Assembly (NCBI GenBank): GCA_947627525.1
Contig: CANQWJ010000001.1
Coordinates: 1 to 50,773, forward strand
Origin: an uncultured Bacilli bacterium
GTDB lineage: Bacteria; Bacillota_I; Bacilli_A; RF39; UBA660
DNA: 50,773 bases
Reading direction: 5' to 3'
Positions 26,176-36,888 of the stretch are shown here, piece after piece. Positions within the stretch are counted from its first letter, which is position 1. The number at the start of each line of letters is the position of its first letter. Made by a program: the position numbers and the translations under genes. The notes beneath the pieces are model-generated. The model was not told where the DNA came from, did not search any database, and saw nothing but the letters and a program-made list of their open reading frames with translations.

Positions 26176-28938
26176 TTATTTTTTCTTTTTAGCATGTTTT
26201 ACATTCTCACGTTTTTCAAAACAAACTACAACTATGAAACTCATTAAACCAATTAAAGAAATTATCTTTCCCATTTTTAAGTATGGTGTATGATATTTTA
26301 ACTCAATAGTATGTCCTCCACCCGGTACATAAATCCCTAAAAAATACTTATTGACATTTAAAGGATTACTCTTTTTACCATCAATATAAATATCCCAACC
26401 TTCAACATAGGCCGTTGAGAATTGAATAAGACCATTTTTCTCTAAATCAACTGTTCCCTTGAGATATCCAGAATCTAAATCTTCTAATTCAAAATTAGAT
26501 TTATTTAAATTAGTAATATCTTCTTCATAATCATTAAATTTTACAAGTATAATGGAAATATCATCATAAGTATAAGTACCTATTTCAGATAATTCAACAG
26601 CTATTTGTCCATCTATCTCTTCATAGTTGTGCAAATTGACTAATATATTAGAATCTCCTGTCGTATATGGATCATATTGTAAATCACCAAACTGTTTAGA
26701 TGTATTAATTTTTTTATAGTTAACTTTAACAGTAAAGTTTTTAGGAGAAATAGGATTTCTTGCAAGAAGTGCACTATTCGAATTCAATTCCTTTTTAGGT
26801 TGTGGTTCATAATTAATATTTTTAATACTTAAATATAGTTCTCCTTCTAAATCTTTAGGTTTAATATCAATATATAAAATATTATCACCCTTATCTTTAG
26901 AAGTATTGGTAACTTCTATTTTCTTGTTATCATTAGAAAGAGAAAAATCCAAATACTTAATATTCTTATCTAATTCTTTTAAAATATTTTCATTTTTCTT
27001 TAAATAGTTAGTATTAACATCTTCTTTCTTTAAAGCAACACTCTTTAATAAACTTGATTCTTTTTCAATACTTTCTAACTCATTGTATTCATCTAAATCA
27101 ATATAACTATCATAATAAGTTGCGAAAGGAACACTATAATCATTTTTATAAACTAATGTATCTTTATCGTAATCTATTAAAGAATAACCATATGGAACTC
27201 TTATATCATTATTAAAAATATAATATTTATTTCCTAACAAAGTAGTAATTTTAGTACGATAATCAATTTCTAATAACTCGTGACTAGTCAAATAATTCAT
27301 ATTTGATAAGTCATATCCTAATTCACCTAATTTTCTAGGAATAATACTATAATAAAAACCAATTTGTTTAAAATCTAAATATAATCCTGAATTGTAAGTA
27401 GCACGGTCTTTCATTCTATCAATGCGATAAAAATCTTGATCACTCGTTTTTAATTTTTGAATTTTTTCAGCATATTTAGAACCGTGATAATTATTTGTTT
27501 CATTTATCTTAGCAGTTTCACCATACTCAACAAATTCTTTAAGATAACTATAATTATCATTAGAATAATATAAATATATTTGAGCACAAGTCGATATTAC
27601 TACTAATGAACAAATTCCTATTTTAAAAAGATTAATCTTTTCAAAAAAATGATACCTTTTAGAAAACATTTCTAAGAATTGTTTATTTAAAAAGATAAAA
27701 ATATAACTAATAAAAACAATAATTAAAAAATAGGTAACAGAATTAATTTCATTAACGAATAAATAGATTAAACTAAAATAAATTAAATTAAAACCAATAA
27801 TCCATTTTAAATCTTCTTTCTTTAAATCTTTATATTTATCCAAAACTGAGGTTGTTAAAAAAGAAAATATAAATAACAAGACAAAACTCCAGCGATTATT
27901 AGGATAAGAAAAACCTGAAAATATTACACCTACTTGCACAACTAATAACGGAATTAATAAAATTAAGAGAAAAATTAATATCTTTTTATTTTCTTTAAAA
28001 TTTTTAAAAGCAAGTGGTAATGTTAACATAGCTAAAGCATTTATACCTAAAACAACCCAATTACTAGAGGCAAAACTAGTAAAAGAATATAACAAGTTTG
28101 TATAATAATTAGAATTATAAATATATGTTATATCACTATTAGAACGCATCGAATTAATGAATTGATAAATAGTTGGAATAAGAACAACTGAAGATAGTGC
28201 TATACCAATTAGTGTATAAAGAAATACTTTAAAGAATTCCATCATTACTATTTTAAATCCATATTTATAATATTTACTTATTATTAAAATACTTCCATAA
28301 ATTAAAAGACATAAAGATAGCATATAAGCAAAATAGAAACTTGATAAGTAAGTAATAAAAATAATAATTATATAAAATATCTTTTTATTGTCATTAACAA
28401 TTTTTTCCATTCCTAGCATCAATAAAGGAAAAAGAATAAAAGCATTTATAAAATATGGATGTCGTACGGCAGCAAGAAGAATAAAGACACAAAAAGTATA
28501 CATAATTGAGCCAACGGCACTAGCAAAATTACTTTTATTTTTATATTTAGAATAAATTATAAAACTAATACCAACGAAGAACCATCTAAGAGGTACTAAA
28601 AAACTATATAAAAACTCCATTTTATTAGCTGGTAATAAAATACTCAAGTAAGAAAAGAAATCACCAATTATGTAATATGCCAAGTTACCAAACAAATCCA
28701 TTCCTAACCCAATATTCCAACTAAAAGTATTAAAATTACCTGTTTTAAAGAAAGTAATAATGGTATTACGGAAATAATTTAGAGTTACAAAATGTTGACT
28801 TAGTCCATCATGACTCCATAAAAAAGAACGATGTTGACGATAAAACAAAAAAGTAACTGCAAGAATGCAAAAAGCAAACATCGTCGTATATAAAAGGACA
28901 GCACGACCTATTTTTTCTTTTCCAAAAAATTTTTTCAT
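26176..28938 (-). CDS. YfhO-family polytopic membrane glycosyltransferase-like protein
   Basis: 920 aa. N-terminal pattern LYTTMFAF..WSHDGLSQHF..YF, more than 12 TM helices, a large extracytoplasmic C-terminal domain and a terminal TM helix. Confidence 0.85.
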   Translation of the reverse strand: MKKFFGKEKIGRAVLLYTTMFAFCILAVTFLFYRQHRSFLWSHDGLSQHFVTLNYFRNTIITFFKTGNFNTFSWNIGLGMDLFGNLAYYIIGDFFSYLSILLPANKMEFLYSFLVPLRWFFVGISFIIYSKYKNKSNFASAVGSIMYTFCVFILLAAVRHPYFINAFILFPLLMLGMEKIVNDNKKIFYIIIIFITYLSSFYFAYMLSLCLLIYGSILIISKYYKYGFKIVMMEFFKVFLYTLIGIALSSVVLIPTIYQFINSMRSNSDITYIYNSNYYTNLLYSFTSFASSNWVVLGINALAMLTLPLAFKNFKENKKILIFLLILLIPLLVVQVGVIFSGFSYPNNRWSFVLLFIFSFLTTSVLDKYKDLKKEDLKWIIGFNLIYFSLIYLFVNEINSVTYFLIIVFISYIFIFLNKQFLEMFSKRYHFFEKINLFKIGICSLVVISTCAQIYLYYSNDNYSYLKEFVEYGETAKINETNNYHGSKYAEKIQKLKTSDQDFYRIDRMKDRATYNSGLYLDFKQIGFYYSIIPRKLGELGYDLSNMNYLTSHELLEIDYRTKITTLLGNKYYIFNNDIRVPYGYSLIDYDKDTLVYKNDYSVPFATYYDSYIDLDEYNELESIEKESSLLKSVALKKEDVNTNYLKKNENILKELDKNIKYLDFSLSNDNKKIEVTNTSKDKGDNILYIDIKPKDLEGELYLSIKNINYEPQPKKELNSNSALLARNPISPKNFTVKVNYKKINTSKQFGDLQYDPYTTGDSNILVNLHNYEEIDGQIAVELSEIGTYTYDDISIILVKFNDYEEDITNLNKSNFELEDLDSGYLKGTVDLEKNGLIQFSTAYVEGWDIYIDGKKSNPLNVNKYFLGIYVPGGGHTIELKYHTPYLKMGKIISLIGLMSFIVVVCFEKRENVKHAKKKK

Positions 28939-28961
28939 ACCTACACCTCCCTATTAAAAAG

Positions 28962-29417
28962 TTATTCTTTTTCAGTAAATTCAATTGATCCTAAAGAAAT
29001 GTCGTCACTATTAGTATCAGTAATTACTAAAACTATTTTATCTTCTCTAAATACTAAGCGCCCACTCAATTCTATTTGTCCATCTAAAGTCGTAATATCA
29101 AACTCCGCACTAGCACCTTCTAAAATGGCTGTTTGCTTTTCAAAAGAAACTATATCATTAATAGAATAATTAAATTCAACTTTTGAACTATCAATGCTAT
29201 TGATATCTAACTCTTCATTTATTTCTTCGCCATCTTTTAAAAGCCATTTACCACGATATTTACCATAGTTATATTCTTCTTTTGTTTCTTCTTTTTTGGG
29301 CTTATTATCCTCTTTTTTATTACCAAAGGTCAAAAAATAACCACCAACAGCTATAATGATAATAATGACAAAAAATACACCCCAATAAACGAACTTTTCT
29401 CCTTCTGTTTCTTCCAT
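28962..29417 (-). CDS. Membrane-anchored hypothetical protein
   Basis: 151 aa with an N-terminal TM helix and a K/E linker. SD is GGGAGGT. Confidence 0.6.
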   Translation of the reverse strand: MEETEGEKFVYWGVFFVIIIIIAVGGYFLTFGNKKEDNKPKKEETKEEYNYGKYRGKWLLKDGEEINEELDINSIDSSKVEFNYSINDIVSFEKQTAILEGASAEFDITTLDGQIELSGRLVFREDKIVLVITDTNSDDISLGSIEFTEKE

Positions 29418-29449
29418 AGTAACCTCCCAATAAATAATTGATCAATTGA

Positions 29450-30550
29450 TTATTTATCTAAAAACATTGCATAATACTCTTCATAAGATAAATTATGTTC
29501 ATATATATAAGTTGCAATTTCTACTCCAACATAACGGAAATGCCAAGACTCAGATGAAATACCAGTAATATTTACTTTACTTTCAGGATAGCGATGAATA
29601 AAACCATACTTGTAAGAATTATCTAAACACCAATCATACTCTTTAGAATCTTTAAAAATATTAGAATGTTTACTTTTTATATCTACTGATAAACCTGTAT
29701 GATGTTCCGAATATCCAGGACGAGTTACATACTTCTCATTATATTTAATACCATATAAATTTAAATAAGTATCCCAAGTCTTTTGTTGAGTATCCATATC
29801 ACGATAAGTTGAATTAGCCAAAATATCATATCCTTGACTTTTAGCATCACGACACATCGTCTCAAAGGCTTCCGCTGCTTCCTTACTCATATAATTAGGT
29901 TCCGCAATTGAGCATTCATCACTTATCTTAGTTAAATCAGGTACACTAAACTTATCACTAATTCCATGATACTTATTAACTAACATCGTCACTGAAAAAT
30001 CATCAGTCAAAGTAGTATCAGTATAATAATCTTTATCAAGACCAATATTGACATAGAGAATGGTCTTTTCATAATTACCATTAAAATATTTACGATAACG
30101 ATCAAAATTAGCTTCTTTAAAATACTTAACTGTTAAATATTTACTAATATCTTGAATATATTCTTGAAACAGTTTGGGATAAAAAGAATCACTAACTATA
30201 CTATTAATATTATTTATATCTTCAACATTATACTTTAATTCAAGTAGTTTATTAACATTTTGCAAAAAGTTAGGTCGATCTTGATAATTAATATTCATAT
30301 ATGATTCATAATTATCTATATTAAAATCTTTATCTTTAACTATCTTATTAAGTGTTTCACTATAGTCTCTAGCAATTACTTCGTCATAAAGATCTAATGA
30401 TACAATTTCAACGCTTGAAGAAAAACTATAATTGTGCCCTACTAGTTTAATTATACTACGAATAGGAAAGTATAAAGTCACTATCAAAATAACAGCAATC
30501 GCTGATAAAAGAATTCTAAATGGTAATTTAAGGCGCAACTTTTTCTTCAT
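29450..30550 (-). CDS. D-alanyl-D-alanine carboxypeptidase, peptidase M15 (VanY-type), membrane anchored
   Basis: Zn-ligand motifs SEHHTGLSVD and SESWHFRYVG. Start at MKKKLRL (ATG ends at 30550) after GGGGGAG. Confidence 0.88.
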   Translation of the reverse strand: MKKKLRLKLPFRILLSAIAVILIVTLYFPIRSIIKLVGHNYSFSSSVEIVSLDLYDEVIARDYSETLNKIVKDKDFNIDNYESYMNINYQDRPNFLQNVNKLLELKYNVEDINNINSIVSDSFYPKLFQEYIQDISKYLTVKYFKEANFDRYRKYFNGNYEKTILYVNIGLDKDYYTDTTLTDDFSVTMLVNKYHGISDKFSVPDLTKISDECSIAEPNYMSKEAAEAFETMCRDAKSQGYDILANSTYRDMDTQQKTWDTYLNLYGIKYNEKYVTRPGYSEHHTGLSVDIKSKHSNIFKDSKEYDWCLDNSYKYGFIHRYPESKVNITGISSESWHFRYVGVEIATYIYEHNLSYEEYYAMFLDK

Positions 30551-30568
30551 AAAAACTCCCCCAATCAA

Positions 30569-31090
30569 CTATTTAAATGTACAATTAAATGCAAATATTA
30601 ATAGAAAATGAAAAGCTGCTTTCAACTCAGTATTTTTCGCATACATTGCTTCACGAATGGAAATATAATCATCGACAACATCAACTAAAACACTCTCTTT
30701 ATATTTAGGAACATGTATTCCAATTGGAAACATATGAGTTTTAATAATATTTTGTTCCTTATCTGATAGTTCAAAATATTTTAAAGAGTTATCAAGAGCA
30801 TAATCAGGATGATGGAAAAGAGTTTTAACTCTATTCTTTTTATCAATCGTATAATTATCTACTAAAAAGAAATCATGTAAAAGAGCAGCACGTGCCGTTT
30901 TACGTGCATCCCAATTAAACTTTTTAGATAATTTATAAGAACGATATGCGACATTAACAGAATGTTGTAAACGATTACTACTATGATGTCCATATTCTTT
31001 TAATTTAACAAATTCATCATTAGTTAGGATATCAGAGACAATATTAAAAAACTCTCGATCACTACTAGCATTAAAATCAACTGATTTCAT
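30569..31090 (-). CDS. HD-domain phosphohydrolase-like protein
   Basis: HSVNVAYRS ... ALLHDFF (H..HD pattern). 173 aa. SD is TGGAGGAG. Confidence 0.8.
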   Translation of the reverse strand: MKSVDFNASSDREFFNIVSDILTNDEFVKLKEYGHHSSNRLQHSVNVAYRSYKLSKKFNWDARKTARAALLHDFFLVDNYTIDKKNRVKTLFHHPDYALDNSLKYFELSDKEQNIIKTHMFPIGIHVPKYKESVLVDVVDDYISIREAMYAKNTELKAAFHFLLIFAFNCTFK

Positions 31091-31161
31091 ATTTTCTCCT
31101 CCATTTATTTTTTCTTGCCTACTTTATAAGTTTAGCATATTTTATGAGTAGAATAAAGAAA

Positions 31162-31221
31162 AAGACAAAAAAAGAGAGCATTTGCTCTCCAATCTATGTC
31201 AAACGCTAAATCATTAGCGTT
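31162..31221 (-). terminator. Tandem hairpins terminating comEC
   Basis: AACGCTAA/TTAGCGTT (31202..31221), then GAGAGCA/TGCTCTC (31174..31189), followed on the minus strand by TTTTTTTGTCTTTTTC. Confidence 0.7.
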
Positions 31222-31229
31222 AATATATA

Positions 31230-33245
31230 TTATGTACCAAAATGCGAAAAAGTTACTCTTTTAGCGAAATTAACTAAAATAGCACCATCCCTACTAGTTA
31301 CATAAGTTCTAATCGAAAATTTATTTAAATTATCTAAAGTCTCTTGATGCGGATGACCAAATTTATTATTTTGACCCGCTGATATCAAAGCATATTTAGG
31401 TCTTATTGTTTCTAAAAGATTAGAACTAGTCGAAGTATTTGATCCATGATGTCCTACTTTTAAAATACTTATTTCTGGTAAATTATAATTATCAAATAAT
31501 ACTTTTTCACTCTTTTTACTAGCGTCTCCCATCAATAAAAAATTATTTTTATTGATCGTTCCATAAAGTATTAAACTACTGTCATTTTCGTCTTTTAAAT
31601 CACTATTTAATGAGGTAATAGAAAAAGATCCTATTTTATATTTATTCCCCTTTTTAGAAAAACTATAATCAATATTTTTTTCTTTTAATAAAGTAATTAT
31701 TTTCTTTTCATTATAATTAACATTTCCTTCATTAAAATAAACGGTTTTAATATTAAAATTATTAATTAAATTAATAGCTTCTCCTAAATGATCATAATCA
31801 CCATGTGTTAAAAATAAATAATCAATCTTTCTAATTCCTAATGATTTAAATAATGGAATTAGCGTTGTTTTCGAAATATTACTATTTTGTAACTTTCCAC
31901 CCGTATCAATTAAAGCATCATATTTAGAACTGTGTAAAAGAATACTATCACCTTGACCAACATCAATCATTAACATATAGTCTTTTGGAAAAAGAACATT
32001 ATAGTTATAATGAATTAATAACATCAAAAGAAAAAGTAAAATAGAAATTTTCTTATGATATTTAAAAATAATAGTTATAACTAAATAATATATAAAAACT
32101 ATAAAAAGACTTGGTTTATTAAAAATGATATTAGAGTCAATTAAGGATAAAAAACTCGTTAAACGTTCTAAAATACTTGTTAGAAAAATCAAGACATTAC
32201 TAAAAAGAGGAATTATAAATGATAATAAAGAAAGCGGAAAGATAATTATTGATACTAAGGGAACGAATAATAAATTATAAAAAATAGTTAAAATATTTAC
32301 TTGATAATAATTGTATAAAGATATTGGTAAACTAAATAAAAAAGCAATTAAAGAAGTCATAAGTGTTTTATAAATATAATTATTATGACGATTGAGTAAA
32401 TTACTAAATAAAATTAAAGACGCTGTTATGACGACAGAAAACAAAAAACCAACATTATAAATGATATAGGGATTAAAGAAAAGAATAATACTTGTTGTCA
32501 ATAATAATAAATTAATTGGTTTTATATTAAAATAAAAAATAGTATTAATACTTAAAAGAATAAAAAAGATACCACTTCTTAATGCCGAAGGACAAAAGTT
32601 AACTAAAAATATATAAAAGGAAATAAAAAGACAAGTTAATAAATATCTTTTATTTTCACTTATATGTATCTTTTTTAATAATAATAAAATAATTCCCGAT
32701 AATATTGAGATATGCATTCCGGAAATACTAAACAAATGACTTATACCAAGATTTTGATAATTATTTTTAATATCACTATCTACATAACGATTATCACCTA
32801 AAATAAAAAGATATAAATATTTAGATGCTTTATTATGGTTAATAATATTTTTGATTTTATTTTTTATCGCATAAAAGATATTTTTATTAGATGATATCTT
32901 TTCAATTTTATCAACGTTCATAACATAATATATCTTTTTAGATTTTAAATAATTTTGATAATTAAAAAGATTAGGATTAGTATTTTTCTTAGGGATATCA
33001 ATATCTCCTATTACTTTTACTTTATCTCCTAATTCTATATTTTCGTTTAAAGAGTCATAATAAGTACATAATACTTTATTAGAACCGTTTACTTCTAGTG
33101 TTACTTTGTCTTCAGAAATAAAAAGATCAGTAACTATTCCTTCAATATAATTGTCATTATTTTTAGTAATTACTTTAGTATTTATTTTAAAGAATAAAAA
33201 AGAAAGAGCAAGAAAAAAGATAAAATAATATAAGTAATCACACAG
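31230..33245 (-). CDS. comEC: DNA internalisation competence protein ComEC/Rec2 (start codon unresolved; possibly frameshifted at the extreme 5' end)
   Basis: Competence-channel TM core plus C-terminal MBL domain (DVGQGDS, LTHGDYDHLGE, VGHHGSNTS). The ATG-delimited ORF is 31230..32921. However, the frame stays open to 33281 and encodes a typical ComEC N-terminus: a TM helix, an OB-like segment, then NPNLFNYQNYLKSKKIYY. There is no in-frame ATG/GTG/TTG upstream. CTG at 33243..33245 follows AGGAAA. Confidence 0.8.
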   Translation of the reverse strand: MCDYLYYFIFFLALSFLFFKINTKVITKNNDNYIEGIVTDLFISEDKVTLEVNGSNKVLCTYYDSLNENIELGDKVKVIGDIDIPKKNTNPNLFNYQNYLKSKKIYYVMNVDKIEKISSNKNIFYAIKNKIKNIINHNKASKYLYLFILGDNRYVDSDIKNNYQNLGISHLFSISGMHISILSGIILLLLKKIHISENKRYLLTCLFISFYIFLVNFCPSALRSGIFFILLSINTIFYFNIKPINLLLLTTSIILFFNPYIIYNVGFLFSVVITASLILFSNLLNRHNNYIYKTLMTSLIAFLFSLPISLYNYYQVNILTIFYNLLFVPLVSIIIFPLSLLSFIIPLFSNVLIFLTSILERLTSFLSLIDSNIIFNKPSLFIVFIYYLVITIIFKYHKKISILLFLLMLLIHYNYNVLFPKDYMLMIDVGQGDSILLHSSKYDALIDTGGKLQNSNISKTTLIPLFKSLGIRKIDYLFLTHGDYDHLGEAINLINNFNIKTVYFNEGNVNYNEKKIITLLKEKNIDYSFSKKGNKYKIGSFSITSLNSDLKDENDSSLILYGTINKNNFLLMGDASKKSEKVLFDNYNLPEISILKVGHHGSNTSTSSNLLETIRPKYALISAGQNNKFGHPHQETLDNLNKFSIRTYVTSRDGAILVNFAKRVTFSHFGT

Positions 33246-33957
33246 TAATATTTTCCTTAATACTAGCGTATAGACTATCCCCTATTCCTGTCACATTTAA
33301 TAAATCTTCTTTTTTCTTAAATGGTGTTTTAGTACGATATTCAATAATACTTTTAGCTTTACTCTCACCTATTCCTGATAAAGTCATCAATTCTTCGAGT
33401 GATGCCGTGTTGATATTGACAATGCTATTTGATTTTTTATCGTTACTACTATTATTTGAAGTTATACAAGCATCATTTTGGATATTACTATTTTCACAAA
33501 TCTCTTTCTTTTCTTCTTCTTTTTTTAAAGTTTCTAAAAATGCCGAAATTTCTTTTTTACTATAGACGACAATAACCATTCCATCTTCTATTTTTTTACT
33601 CAAATTTAAGACACTTGTATCGCCTTGATTAGTTATACCACCTGACGTTTTAATAGCGTCAACTATTCTCTTATCACAGTTAATAGAATAGACGCCTGGT
33701 TTCTTAACTTCTCCTTTGATATCAAAAAAACAATTGGTTACAGTTTTATCTTCCTTTTCTTTTTCTTCTTCAACACTACTTTCCTCCTTCTCACTAATGA
33801 CAACTTCTTCTTCATTTTTTTCTATAGTTTCTTCATCATTTTGCCAATCACTAAAAAAATAATAAATGATTCCTCCGATTGCTAGTCCAATGATAAGGAT
33901 TGCGACTAAAATTTTTTTCTTATTGAAATAGACAAATTCACCTAAACTATTTTCCAT
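33238..33957 (-). CDS. comEA: Competence protein ComEA (membrane-anchored DNA receptor)
   Basis: N-terminal TM helix, SLBB-like FFDIKGEVKKPGVYSI, and C-terminal helix-hairpin-helix INTASLEELMTLSGIGESKAKSIIEYR..LLNVTGIG. Confidence 0.9.
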   Translation of the reverse strand: MENSLGEFVYFNKKKILVAILIIGLAIGGIIYYFFSDWQNDEETIEKNEEEVVISEKEESSVEEEKEKEDKTVTNCFFDIKGEVKKPGVYSINCDKRIVDAIKTSGGITNQGDTSVLNLSKKIEDGMVIVVYSKKEISAFLETLKKEEEKKEICENSNIQNDACITSNNSSNDKKSNSIVNINTASLEELMTLSGIGESKAKSIIEYRTKTPFKKKEDLLNVTGIGDSLYASIKENITV

Positions 33958-33997
33958 AAAAAAACCTCCTTTAAAGGAGATTATTATTCATTGCTTA

Positions 33998-35152
33998 TTA
34001 TTTTCCTACCATTTGTTTTCTTTTTAATTGGGTTTCAACATTAATGCGTTGAACAAGCGCTAAAGAAATAAATAGACATAGCGTATAACTACCACCATAA
34101 CTCATAAATGGTAATGGTACACCGGTCATTGGTAAAAGGCCAAAGACACCACAAAGATTGATGATGATATGAATGAAGAAATAGAAAGCAACACCATAAC
34201 AAATTAAGGCATCACAATTATTTAGACTTTTACGACCAATAATTATTATTCTTGCTAATAAAACTATATATAAGAAAATGATAAAGATACCAAAAATCAA
34301 ACCTAATTCTTCAACGATGATACAAAATATGAAATCCGTATGCGCTTCTGGTAGATATAAATACTTTTGAATACTATTACCAAGACCTCGACCTGTTAGA
34401 CCACCATTATTGATGGCAATATAACCATTACATACCTGGTTTCCATCAGTGTAATAACTATCCTCACTACAAGGACTACTATCAATGACACTAGTAATAC
34501 GTGACATTTGACGATCAGATAAAAGACTTTTACCGCCAACTAAAAGAATAAGTCCTAAAATGACTACTAATCCCCCACCAATTGTAAAAATACTTCTTTT
34601 TATTTTCTTATCAACGGGTGATAAAAGAAATAAAACACCAATTATTAAAGCAAATAAAACAGCTGTTCCAAGATCGGGTTGTAAAGCAATCGCAACAAAC
34701 GCTAAAACGCAAATGAAAATGGGATATAAAGAGCCAACGTACGACTCAGTATGCTCTTTTTTCGCATTATAATAACGCGCAATCCAAATAATCGCGAAAA
34801 CCTTTAAAAACTCACTCGGTTGAAAGTTAAAACTACCGATCCTGAACCAACTTTGGGCATCATTACTCTCAATACCAAAAACGAATAACAATGGTAATGA
34901 TATCAATAATAAGTAAGTTACAAATGTTGCAAAACGACTAAATATTTTCGTCTTCGTCATCAAGGTCATACAAGCAAAAACTAAACCAATAAAAATAATG
35001 ACTACTTGACGAATTAAATAATGATAAGGACTCGTTTCATAGCGCATATAAGAAGATACGTTAGATGCTGAAAAAATCATAATTGATCCAATTGCACAAA
35101 GGATAATTGTGATTAAAAGTAACCATTTGTCCATATTTTTAAGTATCTTCAC
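33998..35152 (-). CDS. SEDS family peptidoglycan polymerase (FtsW/RodA/SpoVE)
   Basis: 10-TM pattern with QPSEFLK, PDLGTA, LPEAHTDFIFCIIVEELG and PLPFMSYGGS. GTG start after GGGAGTGA. Confidence 0.9.
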   Translation of the reverse strand: MKILKNMDKWLLLITIILCAIGSIMIFSASNVSSYMRYETSPYHYLIRQVVIIFIGLVFACMTLMTKTKIFSRFATFVTYLLLISLPLLFVFGIESNDAQSWFRIGSFNFQPSEFLKVFAIIWIARYYNAKKEHTESYVGSLYPIFICVLAFVAIALQPDLGTAVLFALIIGVLFLLSPVDKKIKRSIFTIGGGLVVILGLILLVGGKSLLSDRQMSRITSVIDSSPCSEDSYYTDGNQVCNGYIAINNGGLTGRGLGNSIQKYLYLPEAHTDFIFCIIVEELGLIFGIFIIFLYIVLLARIIIIGRKSLNNCDALICYGVAFYFFIHIIINLCGVFGLLPMTGVPLPFMSYGGSYTLCLFISLALVQRINVETQLKRKQMVGK

Positions 35153-35229
35153 AAAATCACTCCCATATTGTTAAAACAATTATAACACGGAAGAATTTGG
35201 TTGTAAATTGCGGTAATAATTGCTTGACA

Positions 35230-35877
35230 CTATTTATGAAGATCTTCTTGTCTAATTAAAAAAAGATGTTTATGACGATAAAAGGCATAAAAAATATCTT
35301 GAATCTCTAAATTGTCCTGTTGTAAAACTTTTCTTATCCAAGTTTCATTACGATCAATTTGACGAAGAGTATCATAATCAATTTGCCCATCTAAAATAAC
35401 TGGTAAAGGATATTCACCAAACAATTTAGAATCCTTTTTAAAGACCGATAACTTTCCACTCGTCTCTAAAATGGCATAATCAACTTCTTCAATACTACGA
35501 ATGTGCTTTTCACGAAGTTGTGTCAATAAATCTTCCATGTTGTAGCGTTGTTTGACCATCTCTTTAAAATTAATTTTACCACGATTGATGATAACGGATG
35601 GATTACCATCAAATAAATTTCTAATCTTACTACTCTTTAGTGAGATAAAGCTCATTCCCATTTGAATGAATAGAAGTAAAAAAATAGGAAGAACTGATAA
35701 CATTAATGATTCCTCTCTTTGTTCAATCGAAACAGCCGCAAGTTCCGCAATTAAAATAGAAACAATTAAATCAACGATTCCTAGTTGACCAATCTCTCTC
35801 TTACCCATAAAACGATATATCATTGTAATAAATACATAAAAGAAAAAAGTTCTAAATAAAACCGTTACGTATTCCAT
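35230..35877 (-). CDS. DUF421/YetF-like membrane protein
   Basis: MGKREIGQLGIVDLIVSILIAE motif, N-terminal TM helices and a C-terminal soluble domain. Confidence 0.8.
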   Translation of the reverse strand: MEYVTVLFRTFFFYVFITMIYRFMGKREIGQLGIVDLIVSILIAELAAVSIEQREESLMLSVLPIFLLLFIQMGMSFISLKSSKIRNLFDGNPSVIINRGKINFKEMVKQRYNMEDLLTQLREKHIRSIEEVDYAILETSGKLSVFKKDSKLFGEYPLPVILDGQIDYDTLRQIDRNETWIRKVLQQDNLEIQDIFYAFYRHKHLFLIRQEDLHK

Positions 35878-35951
35878 AAAATCATCTCAAATATATTATG
35901 GTTTTAGAATATCTTTTTTATACAAAACATAATATTAATTAGGTGAATGAA

Positions 35952-36308
35952 ATGACATATAAAAACTACTTAAAAAGTTTAGGATTTTTCTTAATAATCA
36001 TAATGGGACTAAGTCTTTTAAATACCATCCTCTATTATAATGATATCATTGGTGGTAAAGTATCCAGTCTTATAGAATTATTAACATTATTTGTAGCAAC
36101 TTTTACATCGGGATTTTACTTAGGTTTTAAAAGTAGTAATAAGGGTTATATCAACGGTCTCATTCTAGGAGGTATAATTATTGGTATTTCTCTATTACTT
36201 ACATTAATATTTAAAGAGAAACTAACTCTTGTATCACTATTTACCTATCTTTTAGTATTAGCTTTAGCAACTACTAGTAGTATTTTAGGTATAAATAGAA
36301 AAAAATAG
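35952..36308 (+). CDS. Small 4-TM membrane protein (YrzE/TIGR04086-like, tentative)
   Basis: ATG at 35952 lies 5 nt after AGGTGA. The ORF track uses GTG at 35943, which sits inside that SD. Helices are glycine-rich. Confidence 0.55.
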   Translation: MTYKNYLKSLGFFLIIIMGLSLLNTILYYNDIIGGKVSSLIELLTLFVATFTSGFYLGFKSSNKGYINGLILGGIIIGISLLLTLIFKEKLTLVSLFTYLLVLALATTSSILGINRKK

Positions 36309-36335
36309 GAAAGCCCCTATTTTTTATTTTTCTAA
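36301..36335. terminator. Bidirectional terminator between convergent genes
   Basis: AAAAATAGG / CCTATTTTT stem with loop AAAGCC, flanked by T-tracts in both orientations. Confidence 0.6.
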
Positions 36336-36369
36336 TTATTTAAATTATTTTTTAACTATCAGAATTTTA

Positions 36370-36885
36370 TCAAATATTATATAAAAAACATACTTCTTTA
36401 TATTCTTTATTTCCTTTTGTTATTGCTTTCTCACTTACTATTGTTCCACCCATTTTGGTATAAAATCTATTTCCAATCACATTATCTTTTAAACACCATA
36501 TTACCATACAAGTTTTATTTTGCTTTTTAAATTCATTAATTACATATTTAAATAACGCTGTTCCAATTCCCTTATTTTTCAAGTTTGATTCTACATAAAG
36601 TACTGATAATTCACAATCAGCATCAATGATTTCAGGTGAATTACTATTATCATAAATATATCTGCAAAAAGCAACAACCTGATTATTAAGTTCTACTACA
36701 ACAAAGCCATTATTCATATAATTTTTTTGCATTTTTTTAACTTTTAAATCATATTCAGAATCTAAGTTTTCTAAATATTCATCATCAATTATACCTCTAT
36801 AAGCAGTCTTCCAACCATTTATTTGAATGTCTACAATCTTAGGTATATCTTCTTTTTTTACATTTCTTATTATAAGATTTTCCAT
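36370..36885 (-). CDS. GNAT family N-acetyltransferase
   Basis: 171 aa with acetyl-CoA motif A region NLKNKGIGTALFKYVI. Confidence 0.85.
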   Translation of the reverse strand: MENLIIRNVKKEDIPKIVDIQINGWKTAYRGIIDDEYLENLDSEYDLKVKKMQKNYMNNGFVVVELNNQVVAFCRYIYDNSNSPEIIDADCELSVLYVESNLKNKGIGTALFKYVINEFKKQNKTCMVIWCLKDNVIGNRFYTKMGGTIVSEKAITKGNKEYKEVCFLYNI

Positions 36886-36888
36886 TTT

